From Octopus sinensis (taxonomy: Eukaryota): DNA of 64,000 nt. Location: contig NC_042997.1 in the NCBI RefSeq assembly GCF_006345805.1, forward strand, positions 6,014,001 to 6,078,000, in the 5' to 3' direction. The notes under the pieces were generated by a model. The model was not told the DNA's origin. It saw only the letters and a program-made list of their open reading frames with translations, and ran no database searches. The position numbers and the translations under genes were made by a program. This document shows, piece after piece, positions 39,481 to 54,388 of this stretch (its first letter is position 1; the number at the start of each line of letters is the position of its first letter).

Positions 39481-40967
39481 CATTTAATAGAAATCACAAA
39501 AGAACTACACAAGCGATTATACACATTAAAAAATACAACTGAAGAATAATATAGAATTGTACGTTACTTTTTCTTATGATTCCCATATGAAGAAAAAGGG
39601 AATCAAGCAATTAAAGTTTTTATACATTCGTTGTTCTAATGATAAAACTCACCTTTAAGCATAACTATGTAAACAGAAATATGGCTGTCGTTTAATTATT
39701 AAAAACTGATATGAAGATAAATATGGATAGAATATAGAGTACACACACCATTTAGGGAATTGTTAATATTTGCAGATTAACTCGGGCGCTACGTAATAAG
39801 AACTGAATAAGAATATGAAATATCAAGCAAATAATGAGTAGAACAGAGAAATAAAGGAAAACGATAGATTTCCCAATCCTCAGTAAAAAGATAATTACGA
39901 AATGCACCAAAAGTACATAAGAACCGCAAATAGCATGAGACATTTGCTAAGTAGCATTAGCCTATAGGAATATCTGAAATCATTTTGCAAATACTTTATT
40001 AAAGAACAATAAATATCAATTATTTGTTAGAATACGGCACTAGAAACCTCTGAGCAAGAATGACATAACTTCAGAAGAGAATGTTTGAAATAACGTTTCT
40101 TATTTTTCAAGGAGTCTAGCAATTTTGAGTGGTGAAGTCGGATTAAAGGCGATACGGATATCGGCGGATACTTACTCTCAGTGCAGATAAACCCACATTT
40201 TGCCTAGCGTATTCATTGTTCTATAAGCTCGTGACGCCTTAGACAATATTCAAAATAATAACTACAAAGTCACTACTATTTCCGAACTCCTGGATTAAAT
40301 TGTATGCTCCATGTAAAGTTGTAGCAAGAAATTGTAATTTACAACAAAATAGTATATAACAGTAGTCTATCGTCCGAAAGGCAAGCCTATAGACGAAATT
40401 GAGAGACAGCATATAACAAATAAATTACGATACCCTATGTGTCTAAGTTACTCATAACCTGGAAAAATATTTTTTGAATTTTTCAGGAAAAAATGTAAAG
40501 CTGCAGAGATCGTAAACTCATGTAAGGATCGATAAGGCCATAAAAAACATCTGTATTTGTAAGAAAGACATATTAGGTTATTTTCTTCATACTGAAAATA
40601 TTAGGGGTAAAGTTGATTTTGGAGGATTTTGACTAAAATGTAAAAAATTATCAGCTAAACGTCACAAAATAAATTTTCAATGCTCTAACGTTTTGTGAGC
40701 CATCACTCTTGATCTTTGTTTCCATTAGAGGTGTAAGACACTCAATTAGACATAACAGTTTACGTGACTAGCATTTTATTTTATGGGGCTCAGATGGAGG
40801 ACAAGCTAAGTTTAGTACGTTAGGCTTGGTCCCAAAACGTCAAGTAATCGTATGGCATATTGTCTGAGGCTCCAAAGCTTTGTCAATACCCCCATCACAC
40901 ACAGGTACGCGTGCTAACATTAGGAGACATATGCACGTATAAAAACTCATACACACATAAAAACTCT

Positions 40968-41006
<39 letters not shown>

Positions 41007-41922
41007 AGAGATTCACGCATATACCACACGCACATACAAGTGCGTGTGAGTGAAGGATGTACGTATTTGTATTCGCTCATATTCTTGTGCACACCTCTAC
41101 AATTGTGACGTTATAATAAATGGTCGAGAAACTATTAAATATTCAATATCAAATTTGTGCATTAGAATTTACTACGACACCATTCTAATTCTTTTGTTCA
41201 GTTTTTCTCTATTAACATTTGTTTATAGTTTCTCCGCTTGGAAACACATAGCAATAATATATTATTTTCACAGGAACATACCACACCTCTCTTTGAAAAA
41301 GGAAAAAAAGAAAAATACTTAAGCATGCTTTTTAGTGTCGTATTAAAACAAATTTATTTTGATTTTATCCTGATTTCATTTACATAGAAATGAAAGAGGT
41401 ATACGATTATGAAAGAGTTTACTGTAAATAATGTTAAAACTTTTGAATCTTGTAATGTATTGAATGAATGAACAATGCTGATCGACAATTTGCTTTCTCA
41501 GGCTCAATTTCTTGTCTCAAAAGTTTATTCAATGGCAGGAAATAACAATATTTTACATAGGCTCAATGCAAATGAATTGTATAAGGTATAAAAATCTATT
41601 GATCTGCGCTATAAAATCACTGATATTCGCAACCAACTCTAGCATGCAAATTATACAAGACCTATCAACCAACAGCATGAAGAGAATATGAAGAAGTAAA
41701 ACCTCACGTTATTATAGCAAATTTGGCAACAGTGGGAATTGAAACTCCCACTACCACGCACACACACAAAAATGGAAAGCATTCTATGCATAAAGAAATC
41801 TGGTAATTTCGTGAGTGTAAGATAAAAAATTTGCGCTCGCTATTTTGCTACATTCAAAAATTGGTTGGTACATTTTAAGACGTATTTAACCGTTTCCTTA
41901 CGATTTTTATAGTGTCTCACAA

Positions 41923-42150
41923 GTGGCTCCAAGCTGGCAAAGTCGTTAGCACACCGACAGAGGACGAATTTCTTAACAACATTTCTTCAGGTTTTACGTC
42001 CTGAGTCCAAATACCACTGAGATCCATTTACCTTTCACTCTTTTGGGAGTCGATAAAAGAGGTACCATTACATTAGTGGCTTCGAAGTAAACGATTATCC
42101 CGCTTCCCTAAAATTTCTGACTTTCTGCCAAAATTAGAAAATATTAGGTC
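41923..42150 (+). mobile_element. Diverged SINE (family of 14997-15225)
   Basis: agctggca.a.tcgttagcac.ccg, gagtccaaatacc, cctttcactcttttgggagtcgataaaa.aggtacca. Confidence 0.72.
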
Positions 42151-42393
42151 TATATTCAACTAATGCATTGATTATATATTTAAAATTAAGGGAACGCAAT
42201 TAGAATCTCTCTGAGCGTAGTTCGAGAACTACTTTATTCAAATGACAGCGCGTTAAATGCACTCATACCATAGAACATAAAGTCGAAGCAGGATACAAAC
42301 TCTACACCATCGAAACTTTCATCTCAACATAAACATCATGAAGTTAGTTGTGATATTATATAAACGCAAACAACACAACATTTAATAGTAGGA

Positions 42394-42757
42394 GGAAGCG
42401 CTCCGTCGGTTACGACGATGAGGGCTCCTGTTGATCCGAATCAACGGAACAGCCTGCTCGTGAAATTAACGTGTAAGTGGCTGAGCACACCACAGACACG
42501 TGTACCCTTAACGTAGTTCTCGGGGATATTCAGCGTGACACAGAGAGTTACAAGGCCGGCCCTTTGAAATACAGGTACAACAGAAACAGGAAGTAAGAGT
42601 GAGAGAAAGTTGTGGTGAAAGAGTACAGTGCCGGAGCCTCGTGGAGCTTTAGGTGTTTTCGCTCAATAAACACTCACAAACGCCCGGTCTGGGAATCGAA
42701 ACCGCAATCCTATGACCGCGAGTCCGCTGCCCTAAACACTGGGCCATTGCGCCTCCA
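42394..42757 (-). mobile_element. Young ~380-bp tRNA-derived SINE
   Basis: Reverse complement of 50758-51139 at about 90-95% identity; tRNA-like head ggaggcgcaatggcccagtg.ttagggcagcg...ggtttcgattccc. Confidence 0.92.
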
Positions 42758-44984
42758 CAACAACAACAACAACATTTAATATATCGTAGGGTAAACTTAT
42801 CCACTCATCAACACTTACATCTGAAAATTATTTTCTATCGATGACGGATTTCTATATCTTCATTGTTTTTGACGTCTGGAAAAACATCGTGCAAATGTGT
42901 AGTACTTTACGCTGAATTTAAACTTTGAAAATTAAGCATTTATTACCCATAATAATACATCTTTTTCTCAAGTTGATATATAAATTAGGGACATTTGTCC
43001 TCACTAGCAATAGCTTTATTTCACAACACCCTAGGAGATAGCGTGGTTCAGTTTTGAAAATACTACATTAGATGTTTGATACTTAGTTGTAGCTATTTAT
43101 ATTCGGAAAGCAAATCTTGCGGAGATCAACATTTGATGAAATACATTTAACCCTTTCGGAGTCGATAAAATAGGGCACTGTTCAAGTAATTTTGCCCTTA
43201 TAATCGACATGCCTCTTTCACAAAAAAATTATCGGCCTTATGCCAAAATTAGGGGACACTTTCTCTAATAGTCAGCGTTACCATTTTGTATGTGTGTGTG
43301 CGTGCGCGCGCGCGTATGCATGTGTGTAATTTTCAAGAGCAAACTTCAGACGTCACCCACTTTTTGGAGAAATATCCTTGTCTGAATATTTTTTACGTAT
43401 GATTTTGTACTAATTACATGATTTTATATTATATAACCACGCATTGTGTTGCATCTTCTGTGTAGTTCTCGATCTTTTAAGCGTTTGTTAAAGTACACAT
43501 TATTATTATGAAATCTAAAGGCAAGGCTTTTAAACATCTTTTATCTCTCACTCACTAAATATCAGGAATTTTTCCAAATAGAAATTTAATGGAATTTTTT
43601 TTTTTAATGCGACAGTATATTTAGACAAAGCTAGAAATATCATTGCATTTATTGTTTTTCGTTGTTTCGGAGAAAACACTTTAAATAGTGGGTACATTTT
43701 CTTCTTCCACTTGTAAAGCAGAAAAAAGAAACAAAAAAAAAAAAAAAACCACAAAAAGCAGTTATGCTGCGCTGAAAAGAATTCTCACGAGAAAATTGAA
43801 ACGAAAACAGTCGCAATTTTAAAAACACAAAACATAATGAAAGAGAAAAGAAATTCCATTTCTCAGCACAATATACGCATTTACCAAAAAATAATAGCAT
43901 ATCCATAAAGAAATTTCTAATAGCGAAAGCGGTAAAAGTAACGATAGTATCAAAATCAGAAGGAGCTAACACAGACCACACATTGTGACTAACGAAAAAA
44001 CGAGAGGTAACTGATTTGGCCGAATTAGCAATTCAAGAGTACTTTCGTTCGGTAACATGGCTTGTCATATAATGGGCCTGAAATATAAATTATGTAGCAG
44101 AGTTTATGAAGCAGTGGCAAATATATATCATATCACTGTACTACAAAATTAAGAAAAGACTTTCATAGAGCCCTGAGAGCTTCATTCGTGGCAGCCTTCA
44201 GTGTTATCTGGAATATGATACTTCGTTACACGGCATATAGAATACATACATACATACATACATTAATACATACATACATATGGAAATTGAGGAGTGAAAC
44301 AAGTAAAATCCAGGTTACATGTTTCCTAGCTTCCAGATCATTTGATGTAATAAGTACTAAAGAGCAGTAGTCAGCTAGCTACTCTTCAGGCCGCAGGTAC
44401 CTTACTTATATGTAAGTTACATTGTTGCTTAGGACTCCCAAGTTAACTCACCGATGATGTAATTTGAAATGAATGGTGAAGTCAGGAAGAAATAATATAA
44501 AAAAAAGAGAGCTTAAAAAGAAGTAAACAAATGCCTTAAGAACTTAAACGGTTATTTAGTAAGAAAAGTGGAAGAGATTAGATATCTGGGAGTGGGGGAT
44601 TCTTGAAATTTGTAATTAATAAACAAATGGAGAGGTGTAAGAGAGAGGTGGATTTTAAGTTAGATGGATGCTGAATTTAAGGAGAAATGTTATCGTAAAT
44701 TTTAAGCTAGGACGACTTTACTAAGACAAGGGTAAGCAAAAATATTTATCTCTCCCTCTCCTTTTCTTCTTGTGCTAAACCGCTTTATTTCTTCTAAGAA
44801 TTATCCTAATATTATGAAATAAATGCATATGCATGTGCGCTCCAAAGTATTTGGGTAATACTTTGTGTGGAAATTCAAGAATTAGGTACTCCAAATCATC
44901 ATCGGAAGGATATATGTATGTGTGTGTGTGTGTGTGTTTGAGCGCACCCACCAATGTGTGTGTGTGTGAGTTCGCATGAATTAG

Positions 44985-45200
44985 TGTGGCGCTTGTGATC
45001 ACTCAGAATAGTGATATCAATTACTAGACAGGGTGACAAGTTGTGTTCTTGAGAAAAACACCTAATCACACGTTAAACTGTGATCGCTTCCACATCTGAC
45101 GCGGGGTACACCATGCACCTGTTCAGACAACGTCGATTTATTGGAGCGAGGGAGCGAGGGAGCGAATGTGCGACACTAACATGTGATCACTATAAAAAAA
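44985..45200 (+). mobile_element. Decayed SINE fragment (CORE-like)
   Basis: ttgtgttcttgagaaaaacac; 3' gaatgtgcgacactaacatgtgatcactataaa. Confidence 0.5.
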
Positions 45201-45322
45201 TCATTTGTGCATTTCGTTGGGTAAAATGCTGAAAGCTCTTGAGTCGTATTCGGTGGGAGAGTCTATCATACATTATATATATATATATACTTTGCAAAAA
45301 GAAAACTGTCCAACTAACACAG

Positions 45323-45362
<40 letters not shown>

Positions 45363-45699
45363 CTATGCTCGAGGAAAATATTTCGCATATGACACCACTA
45401 CACATATCACACCCTCCATCAACAAAGTAGGACCACATTGATAATACACACCTTCCCCACTTTAAGATAACTCTTACCGGCTTCACTCAACCAAGAGACA
45501 TAACTCTTAACCTAACATGTTGACTATTTTTCGTTTCACCACCTTTTTCGCAGCAACCGCCAACTGGTTGTGCTACTCAGAGGCCGACAATACATAGCAC
45601 TCGCCACATTACTTTCCATACCGTTTAACTCTGATTAACTTAAAGATATATAATCGAATTGTTGCCGAAGATTCCGATTTCGATTCCAGGCAGTGACCT

Positions 45700-45820
45700 G
45701 AATAATAATAATAATAATGATGATGATAATTATAATGATGCTGATGATGATGATGATAATTATAATGATGCTGGTGCTGCTGATGATGATAATTATGATG
45801 ATGATGATGATGATGATGAT
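45700..45820. repeat. (TAA)n/(TGA)n microsatellite
   Basis: Direct; abuts the 5'-truncated end of the R4/Dong fragment. Confidence 0.93.
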
Positions 45821-45830
45821 TCTCACTAAT

Positions 45831-46715
45831 AAATGGCAAGAAAAAGCTCTCAATGTCAAATACCCAAAGAGCGAATAATGCCGATGTTGGCAAAGCACCT
45901 ATCCCTCAATGGCTAATGGCCGCTGGCTTAAAATCCGAAACAGAAGGATTTACCATAGCATCCTAAGATCAATGCCTACCTACAAGGAAGTACCAGGCCA
46001 ACATATTAAAGAACGGCAGTAGCACAACCTGTCGTGTATGTCAACAACAGAACGAAACCATTTATCATGTCTCCAAGTGCAATCTTCTTCCGCCTACAGA
46101 GTATCTCAACAGGCATGATAGAGCTGCACAATATATTCAATAGGTTATTTGCAAAAGCCTTGACTTGCCCCATGATAAAAACTGGTGGGAACACAGACCA
46201 CCTCCAGTGCTTAAACATAATCACATCTCACTCCTCTGGAACTTCACCATTCAAACTGACAGAAAGATAGATGCGAATAGGCGAGACATCATATTGAAAG
46301 ACTTCAGACAAAAATCATGCTACCTCATTGATATGACTGCCCCAATCGATATAAACGTATCTGTCAAGACCTACCAAAAGCTGAGCAAATATAAAGATCT
46401 TCAAATAGAAAGTAGCAAAATGTGGAACATGAAGACTAAAACAATACCTGTTGCCATAGGTGCCCTGGGAATGATAGCAAAAGGGAATGATTGCTACCTA
46501 GCTCAGATACCAGAAAATCCCTAAATGGCAGAAATTCAAAAGATAGTTCTCATGTGAACTGCCCATATCCTACGCAAAATACTTTCTATGTAAACTAAAG
46601 TTTTAAAACAAACATAATTTTCTTATAGTTTCTTAAACATTCTCTAGAACAACACTCAGTACAAAACCAAATATATGGCAGCCTAGGCATAACATCAACA
46701 TGAACTTCCAACTTG
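45831..46715 (+). mobile_element. R4/Dong-type LINE 3' end: CCHC zinc finger, restriction-like endonuclease, 3' UTR
   Basis: KWQEKAL, GLKSETEGF..A.DQCLPTR, CRVCQQQNET..H..S.C. ORF 46165-46524 LLWNFTIQTDRKIDANRRDIILKD...IDMTAPID..VSVKTYQKLSKYKDL...IPVAIGALG (PD-(D/E)xK RLE). Ends LRKILSM* at about 46593. Confidence 0.93.
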
Positions 46716-49399
46716 CATTTTTCGTGCCTATAATATTTAATAATAAAGGATCATAACATGCTTTTATCGTTTTTCTTCTCTTTATTTTTTTTTTCTAGTT
46801 CATCCACAAAATTGCTAAAACTTTTCGTGTTGAATGGCGGTTTCTTGAAATTTCTTCCTCGATTAATATTTGGTCATTTGCTTTCTTGAATTTTTAGCGG
46901 TAGACTTCTCTTCATAAGTTAGTAGGTTATATTACTCAGAAAGTGAAGAGGTTTATCTCGTCTTCTTTCCATCCAATGGATTTTGTAAACTAATATTCAA
47001 AATGCTATTATTTATAAGTCTATCTATTTTTTAGTTCCACTGTTAAAATGAATTACTTCATCTTTCTTCAGGATTCTACATTCTTATATAATTAATCATG
47101 TCAATAATTTCCATATTAATGGCAAGTATCTCACTCTCGTGTACGAACTCAGGAATTCGTTGTTCGCCTTGCATCATATGGATTGTCTACATCAAAGAAA
47201 TGCAATTTGAAATATTTCTAAAATTATTGCTATTTAATACGAACATTTTTGTTATATTGTTTCAGTTTGTATAGGAATGTCTAATAACGGCCTCTCATAA
47301 TCATGTTCCAAGGCTTGAAGTTCTTTCTTGACAAATTACTTTTCTATTCCATTAAAAAGAAAACAGAATAAAAAAAGAAAAACGATTCAATTCTCACTTT
47401 GGAATTTAAATCCTTATCATGTGACGTGTATATTTCTCATGGGCTTGCTATTCTTCAAGTCAAGCCTTTCTACTAAACAAATGCTTTGACATTTGTAGGA
47501 ACCGCACAATTTTCGAAATGAGATAGTAGTTCATACAAAACATCAAGAATTTCACTCGACATTTTCACACACATACCAATTGCAATCTACCTATAATTCT
47601 ACTCCATCCTATCATAAAAGCGTTATATCAGTTATACCTTATAACGTTTAATCACGCTTATTAATATTACTGTAATTATTTTCGCGCTACTAAGGTTTTA
47701 TGGGATTACTTATTTACTGTCCCCTTGTGATATTTTCAAATATTTCACTTGCCTATTTTCATAATATTATTCCCAAATCATATATCCAAACAATCATTAT
47801 CAATTATTCACAATATATTTGTCTTTCGCAGGTCCCCACTCCATCCTCCTTCTTTCGTTTCGGGACAATTTATACCTCTAATTTTACGGCTGTAAATACT
47901 AATATAACATCTTTTAACACCCACTTTGTTTTTTTATTATTTTCATACTTTTTCTCAATATCATAGTTTTTCGCAAATATCAATGCTTTCCAAAATTTAT
48001 TTCGAACTAGAACCTTCCTCTTCTTCCTCCTCTTCTTCCTCCTATCCTCCTGCCCTCCTCCTCCACACTACTCATCTTCATCCTCCCCATCCTCCCTTCT
48101 TCATTTATTCTTGTCATGTCTTTTCATCCTTCTCTTTCATTGGTCGTTCTAGTTGTTCCTATTCAGACACACTAAACACTGCTTGCTCACGCATTTAAAT
48201 GTTTATAACAAGCTTTACACCTGCCCCGTATAGTAAATTACATGACCTGTCTGAATCTTCGCAAAGTTTTTACTTCTTTCAAATGTTTACCGTTCATCAT
48301 TTCGACTGCCATTTCTTCACTCAACTGTATATATTGTATTGTTTTCACTCCTTTATTTTAAAAAGTTATTTTTACATTTACTGCTACTTATTTTTTAAAG
48401 CTAAATCATTATGATCAGGCTTACCACAATTGATACAAGACTGTACTCTAAAGCTTAATGTGTAAAACTCCGTTTCCATAAAACTAGCTACTGCATGCAA
48501 ACAGGATTTCTATAAATTTTTGTTGAGATTAATTTTTTGTATAGCAAAGTCAAACACATTTCATTGACTTCTTGATTTGCAAGAAAGTCCGCTTGTTTCA
48601 ATATTATGAAGTCCTATAATTCGATAAAGTCCTATAATTACGATTCAACATGGCAGTCTCTGTTTTTTGTCCGTCCGATTTTTCCTTCACTTCAAAATCA
48701 CAAAATGTGGCTAAAATTCGAACGAGCTATTTTAAAGAAAGTCGGATCTACAGTCATGGCATTTTTACATGATTAGTGGACTTGCAGTTATCATTATGGG
48801 ACTACTTTCCTTCACGATTTTCTCATATTATGCGTTGGCTAACTAAATTTTATTAATAATTAGCAAACGAAATGTGAAAACAACAGTGAAAACAAAACGA
48901 TGAATGAACGGTGAAAACAACAAAAAAATGAAGTCTGCTTTAAAAGTAAAGAAGAAAGCGAGAAACCAGGAGAAACGTGACTGAAGAAGTCAGCAGTCGA
49001 GTGAAAAAAAGTAGCTGGAAAGAGAAATGGGAATGACTTGTGTTACATGCTACTGGGAAGAAGGGACAGATAAAATGTAGTGTATGGTAGAGAGCCAGAA
49101 AAAACAACAGAGAGATAACGTGGTGAGATACAGAAGAAAAAAGTGAGGAAAAGAAAGAGAGAAAACTGAGAAAAATTCTCCTGAAAAGTGGGCGCATGGG
49201 GATATCTTAGATAATATTAAATAATGTTTCAAAAATTTAGGAGAACCAGGAAAAAGGAAATAATAGAAAATTTACACACAAGATAGAGACTGCTATTTTA
49301 TCCTCAATTATCGTCCAAAAATCATTATAATTTCACTAATTTAGCGTTGATATTATTAATCCTTCGTGGTATCATATTTCTCTTTTTTTTTACATCTAA

Positions 49400-49765
49400 C
49401 ATTTTATTTGTTTAATCATTAGACTCCACCGATGCTAGAACACCATCTTGAATAATTCTTAATCGAACGAATCAAACGTGTAGTTTATACTTAAAACCTG
49501 ATCTTTTTTTTATCAGTCCATTTTGCCGAACCACTACTTTACACCAACGCCGGTTGCCATTCCATGGCGGGGGATAATCATAAACACAAACACGCTAACA
49601 CATACACAGGTAGATCGGGTATCTTTCAGTGTCAATCTACCAAATCCATTCACAAGAATTTCATTAGCCCGAGGCTATAGTTGCCCACGTTGCCACGCAT
49701 TGGAACTGAAGCCGGTATTATGCTGGTGGTAAAGCAGCGTCTTACCACAAAACCATGTCTACGCC
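49400..49765 (-). mobile_element. Diverged OR-type SINE
   Basis: ttttgccgaacc, tctttcagt.tc..tctaccaaatcca.tcacaag, cccgaggctatag, gccacgca.tgg.actgaa, cttaccaca motifs. Confidence 0.72.
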
Positions 49766-50149
49766 TAGACACCGCTGTTTCATATATGATGGGAATAATG
49801 AGTGAACGATGAAGACATTGACGAAGAGAAATACGAGAGAGGTAGTGGGTAGGAATATATATGTAAATATGAAAACAAAATATAATATAAAAATATACAA
49901 ACAAAAAATAATAAAGGCCGGGCGCCTCTAAGACAAGACATGACGTTTCTTTAAAGTAAGGCAATGAGACAGGGAATTGTTAACAAGAGAGGAAATATTG
50001 CAATAATATATGTCGATATCTTATTATAATAAGGTACATATATTCATAAGGTACACCCGTGTATAATGGAAGAAGTCAACAGTATCTAGTTTTTTGTAAA
50101 TCCGTCAAGTTTCAGAATATGAAAGTGAGAATTGGAGCATGAACTAAAA

Positions 50150-50200
<51 letters not shown>

Positions 50201-50566
50201 ATACGGAAAGTTAAGTTTATAATATAAAATTGTCAACGTGTAACCTATGCAGGCACGGTTCAATCTGTTGTATGTCTTCTTAACTATGAATCCGAAACCG
50301 AGTTGGTATCAGCCACTGTGTTTACTGAATACAATTTTTAGAAGAAATTTGGCACTATTGTTATTACATCTCAGAGACGTGCAGTGTTCGAGAAAAGAAG
50401 ACTCGGGTTATCTTGTAGCGCTGACAGCTTAAATAGATATGTGTATGGGAGGAGAGACCTGTTGCAGGTACAATTTAAGACTAGAAATCTACAAGAATAC
50501 AACGCTAATGATATCTATCCATCTATCTGCCTATCTAGTGGTCTATTCATCGTGTATGTATGTATG

Positions 50567-50757
<191 letters not shown>

Positions 50758-51139
50758 GGAGGCGCAATGGCCCAGTGGTTAGGGCAGCGGACTCGCGGTC
50801 ATAGGATCGCGGTTTCGATTCCCAAACCGGGCGTTGTGAGTGTTTATTGAGCGAAAACACCTAAAGCTCCACGAGGCTCCGGCAGGGGATGGTGGTGATC
50901 CCTGCTGTACTCTTCCACCACAACTTTCTCTCACTCTTACTTCCTGTTTCTGTTGTACCTGTATTTGAAAGGGCCGGCCTTGTAACTCCCTGTGTCACGC
51001 TGAATATCCCCGAGAACTACGTTAATGGTACACGTGTCTGCGGAGTGCTCAGCCACTTACACGTTAATTTCACGAGCAGGCTGTTCCGTTGATTCGGATC
51101 AACCGGAACCCTCGTCGTCGTAACCGACTGAGTGCTTCC
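50758..51139 (+). mobile_element. Young ~380-bp tRNA-derived SINE
   Basis: A-box tggcccagtggttagg, B-box ggtttcgattcc; body matches 42394-42757; (TCCA)n tail. Confidence 0.93.
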
Positions 51140-51628
51140 ATCCATCCATGTATGTATGTATACATTTTATATACATTTTTAAGACATTTTCCTGTATTTT
51201 GCCTTAGGCCTGTTTTTCTTGTACGTGTGCGTATATAGACGTGTGTATGGACTTTTTTATGCGCGCGCGTGTGTGTGTATATAGACGTATGCGCGTATAT
51301 AGACGTGTGTATTAACCTTTTTGGTGCGTGTGGGCGATTGTATAGGTATATATACTTATTTTTTGGCGAATGGTGTTCGTGAGAATGAGTGTTTCAAGTG
51401 AAGGTGGATGAGTGTATACATATAGGTGCATGTGTGTGTGCAAGCGCGCATGTCTAGGTATGGACATGCGCGCTTACGCAAATAGCATGCACACTTTACC
51501 CCACTTACATTTACTCCCTCCACTCATTTAGCGGTCATTCAAATAGCTTTTTTATTTTAATAACGATAAATCACACAGTAATTTTCCTTTGTTTAACGGC
51601 CATTTTCAAAGCATTTGTCCGATGGCCG

Positions 51629-51690
51629 GATAACTGAAGAGATGGCGGCGTGGATTTCCACTCTCGACATCCGAAACTTGGAGTTTTATC
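51629..51690 (+). ncRNA. Type I hammerhead ribozyme, intact core
   Basis: GATAA-CTGAAGA(51634)-GATG..GTGG-attt-CCAC..CATC-C-GAAA(51673)-CT-TGG-AG-TT(GTT 51683-85)-TTATC: perfect 5-bp helix I, 3-bp helix III. Confidence 0.75.
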
Positions 51691-51797
51691 ATGGCAACAG
51701 AATAATTGTTACATATTACATTTACATATATATATACATATATATATATATATATTATATATATATATATATGTATATATATATAATATATATATTA

Positions 51798-51850
<53 letters not shown>

Positions 51851-52964
51851 AGTATATATATATATAATATATATACACATGGATAATGGGTACAAGATAT
51901 CACCAAAACATATATACTTATTTATTCATTCCTATATATAATACATTCACAAAAATCTTTCTCTGTCTGTATATATATATATATATATATATATACATTT
52001 ACATAGTAATGGTAATAGTGAATTTTTCATGACCTAAATTCTCCTGCATCCGGATATTATTTTCCTAATGACTTATATCTTGTTAAAATAACCAGTGAAT
52101 CCAATTATTTCTTAGTTTAAAATTGGGAAGTAAAATGGTATACATGAAATATCGTTAAGGTATATCATACAGCAACTCAACTTAAATATTTAATCAAATT
52201 AAACGAATGAGTAAACATCAGGTTTTCATGGTATACATTATTTATGAGCAGATAATTGCCTTTTGAGAAATCTAATTTGTATTGTGAAATATATAACTAT
52301 ATCATATATTTCCAACACTAACAATACCGCCAATAAGCATTGATTACACGAGTCATTTAAACATGTTTGTCATGACCATGATGATACCTATGCTCTTGAT
52401 GGTGATGATGATAGTGGTGCTGTTTGTGGTGTTGTTGATGGTGTGTTGGTGGGGGTGATATTTGCGGTGATAATGACGAATGATGATGACTGCAATTATC
52501 ATGTCCATGTTGATACAGAGACCACGTTGAGAATTCCCTGAGATTGAAATGAAAATAGATGCAGTTGCTATACATCTAGAGCAAAACAGCCATAGAAGAT
52601 TAATAATTATATGCAAACAATAATAATCAAAATATATTAATTCTAATATAATTAATAATGTTTATTCTCACTTTAGCAACAATGTCCATGTATTTCAGTG
52701 AAGATTATAATTGATATGATGAAGCCGAATACTTGATTAGAATTTATTGTTTTTAGTTTGGTTAAATGTCAAAAGAAAGGGCAAAATTCAACACCGTATA
52801 ATAGCTGAGTTAACGATTTACGTGTCGTAACGCGGCTAGATGTCTATGTAATATTTTTCTTTTTCGATTTCTTTTCTTATGCTTTTCATAATCTGTAGCG
52901 TTTTTGTCGAATAAATGAATCACATATTATATGCGAAGATTTAATGTTATTATTTTACGTTGAT

Positions 52965-52995
<31 letters not shown>

Positions 52996-54388
52996 TTATT
53001 ATTATTATTATTAATATTATTATTATTTTTACTACTACTACTACTACTACTATTATTATTATTATATTTATTATATTCTTTGAGGGCGGTGCAGCAGTGA
53101 AAATCATTGTTCTTTGCTGACTATGACCTCAAATTTGTATATCGTTGCAAAAAACGAAATCGTGTAAGTTATTTCATCTTCATAATTTCTTACAACATAG
53201 TTTTTTTTTTATAATTATAATGAAGGAAATTAATTTTAGAATCAACATGACATATTCTTTATAACTTTTTGAAATCCTGAATGGTTTCTTCAATATTGTT
53301 CTATTGTTTATACACCCAGAGGAATTGATGAGAAATAGGATTCGGAAGTCAATCTCTTGATAGAAAAAACGTTTCCGTTTTGATTATGGAAAAAATTTGA
53401 AAACAAAAAACGAAGAAGTACCCCGTCGGGACCAGTTAATCAATAGTTGCAACCAAACAGCTGGAATACATAATCATGCTGTTATATGCATGCGTCAATT
53501 TAAGTTATTAACATAAATGAAATGAGATTCAACTCTTAATAGAAATTCTTCAATATTTGGTATCAACAACATCGATGAGATCCTGTCATTTTATTATTTT
53601 CATTTCATGAACATTTATAAAAACTTAAATTTGAAAGTTCTATTCCCCTGAGCTATTTATCGTAGCCGACTGTATTCTTAACTCTTTGATGATTGAAATG
53701 TGTTACTTCCCTTTGACGGGCCATTGATATTAAAAAAAGAAAAGAGAAAGAAAAATAAACTATATACCATTAATTAATTCAAAAAACATCTCAAACTTTA
53801 AATCGCAAACAAAAACAACAGAAAAAGTAGAGAAAAGGTAGACATGCGAATAAATAGGCAAAGCACAAATAGCACAAAGTAAAGACAATGAGTGTTTATT
53901 ATATGCATGCATACATTTATTCATATATATATACAAACACAAATAGACACACACCAAATATAATAAGTGGTTAAATATTAGTAGCACTTCACCGTATACT
54001 ATTCGGAATTGGAAATCTGATTTCTGCTGGGGAAGAAATATTCTATATCCTTACCACTAATTGCAGGTTATTGAATTGTGCAAACAAATTAGGAGTAAAA
54101 TGCACATATTCATTTAGAAAAATGTTTAATTATTTTTTCAAATACGTGTTTTTAATTAGTAGCCCTGTTGAAAGAAGGGTACATAAATCAATCTAGTTAA
54201 ATAATAAAAAAAATATTTAAGTTAGATTTTAATAGATTTTCACTAATCTAAAACTCCAACTGTTGGGGTATACTAACAATTATGTAATGTTTTGTTAAAT
54301 AAGAGAAAATGTGGTTGGAAATTCATTTCACTTTAAGCCCCTCAGTTAATACCACACTTCTAATATTATACAAAACAGTAGACATGAA

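Noticed and set aside
44355-44392. Minus-strand CTGAAGA-GTAG...CTAC stem
   Set aside because: Not followed by GAAA. Similar half-motifs at 4394, 21477, 48980 and 55979 were rejected for the same reason.
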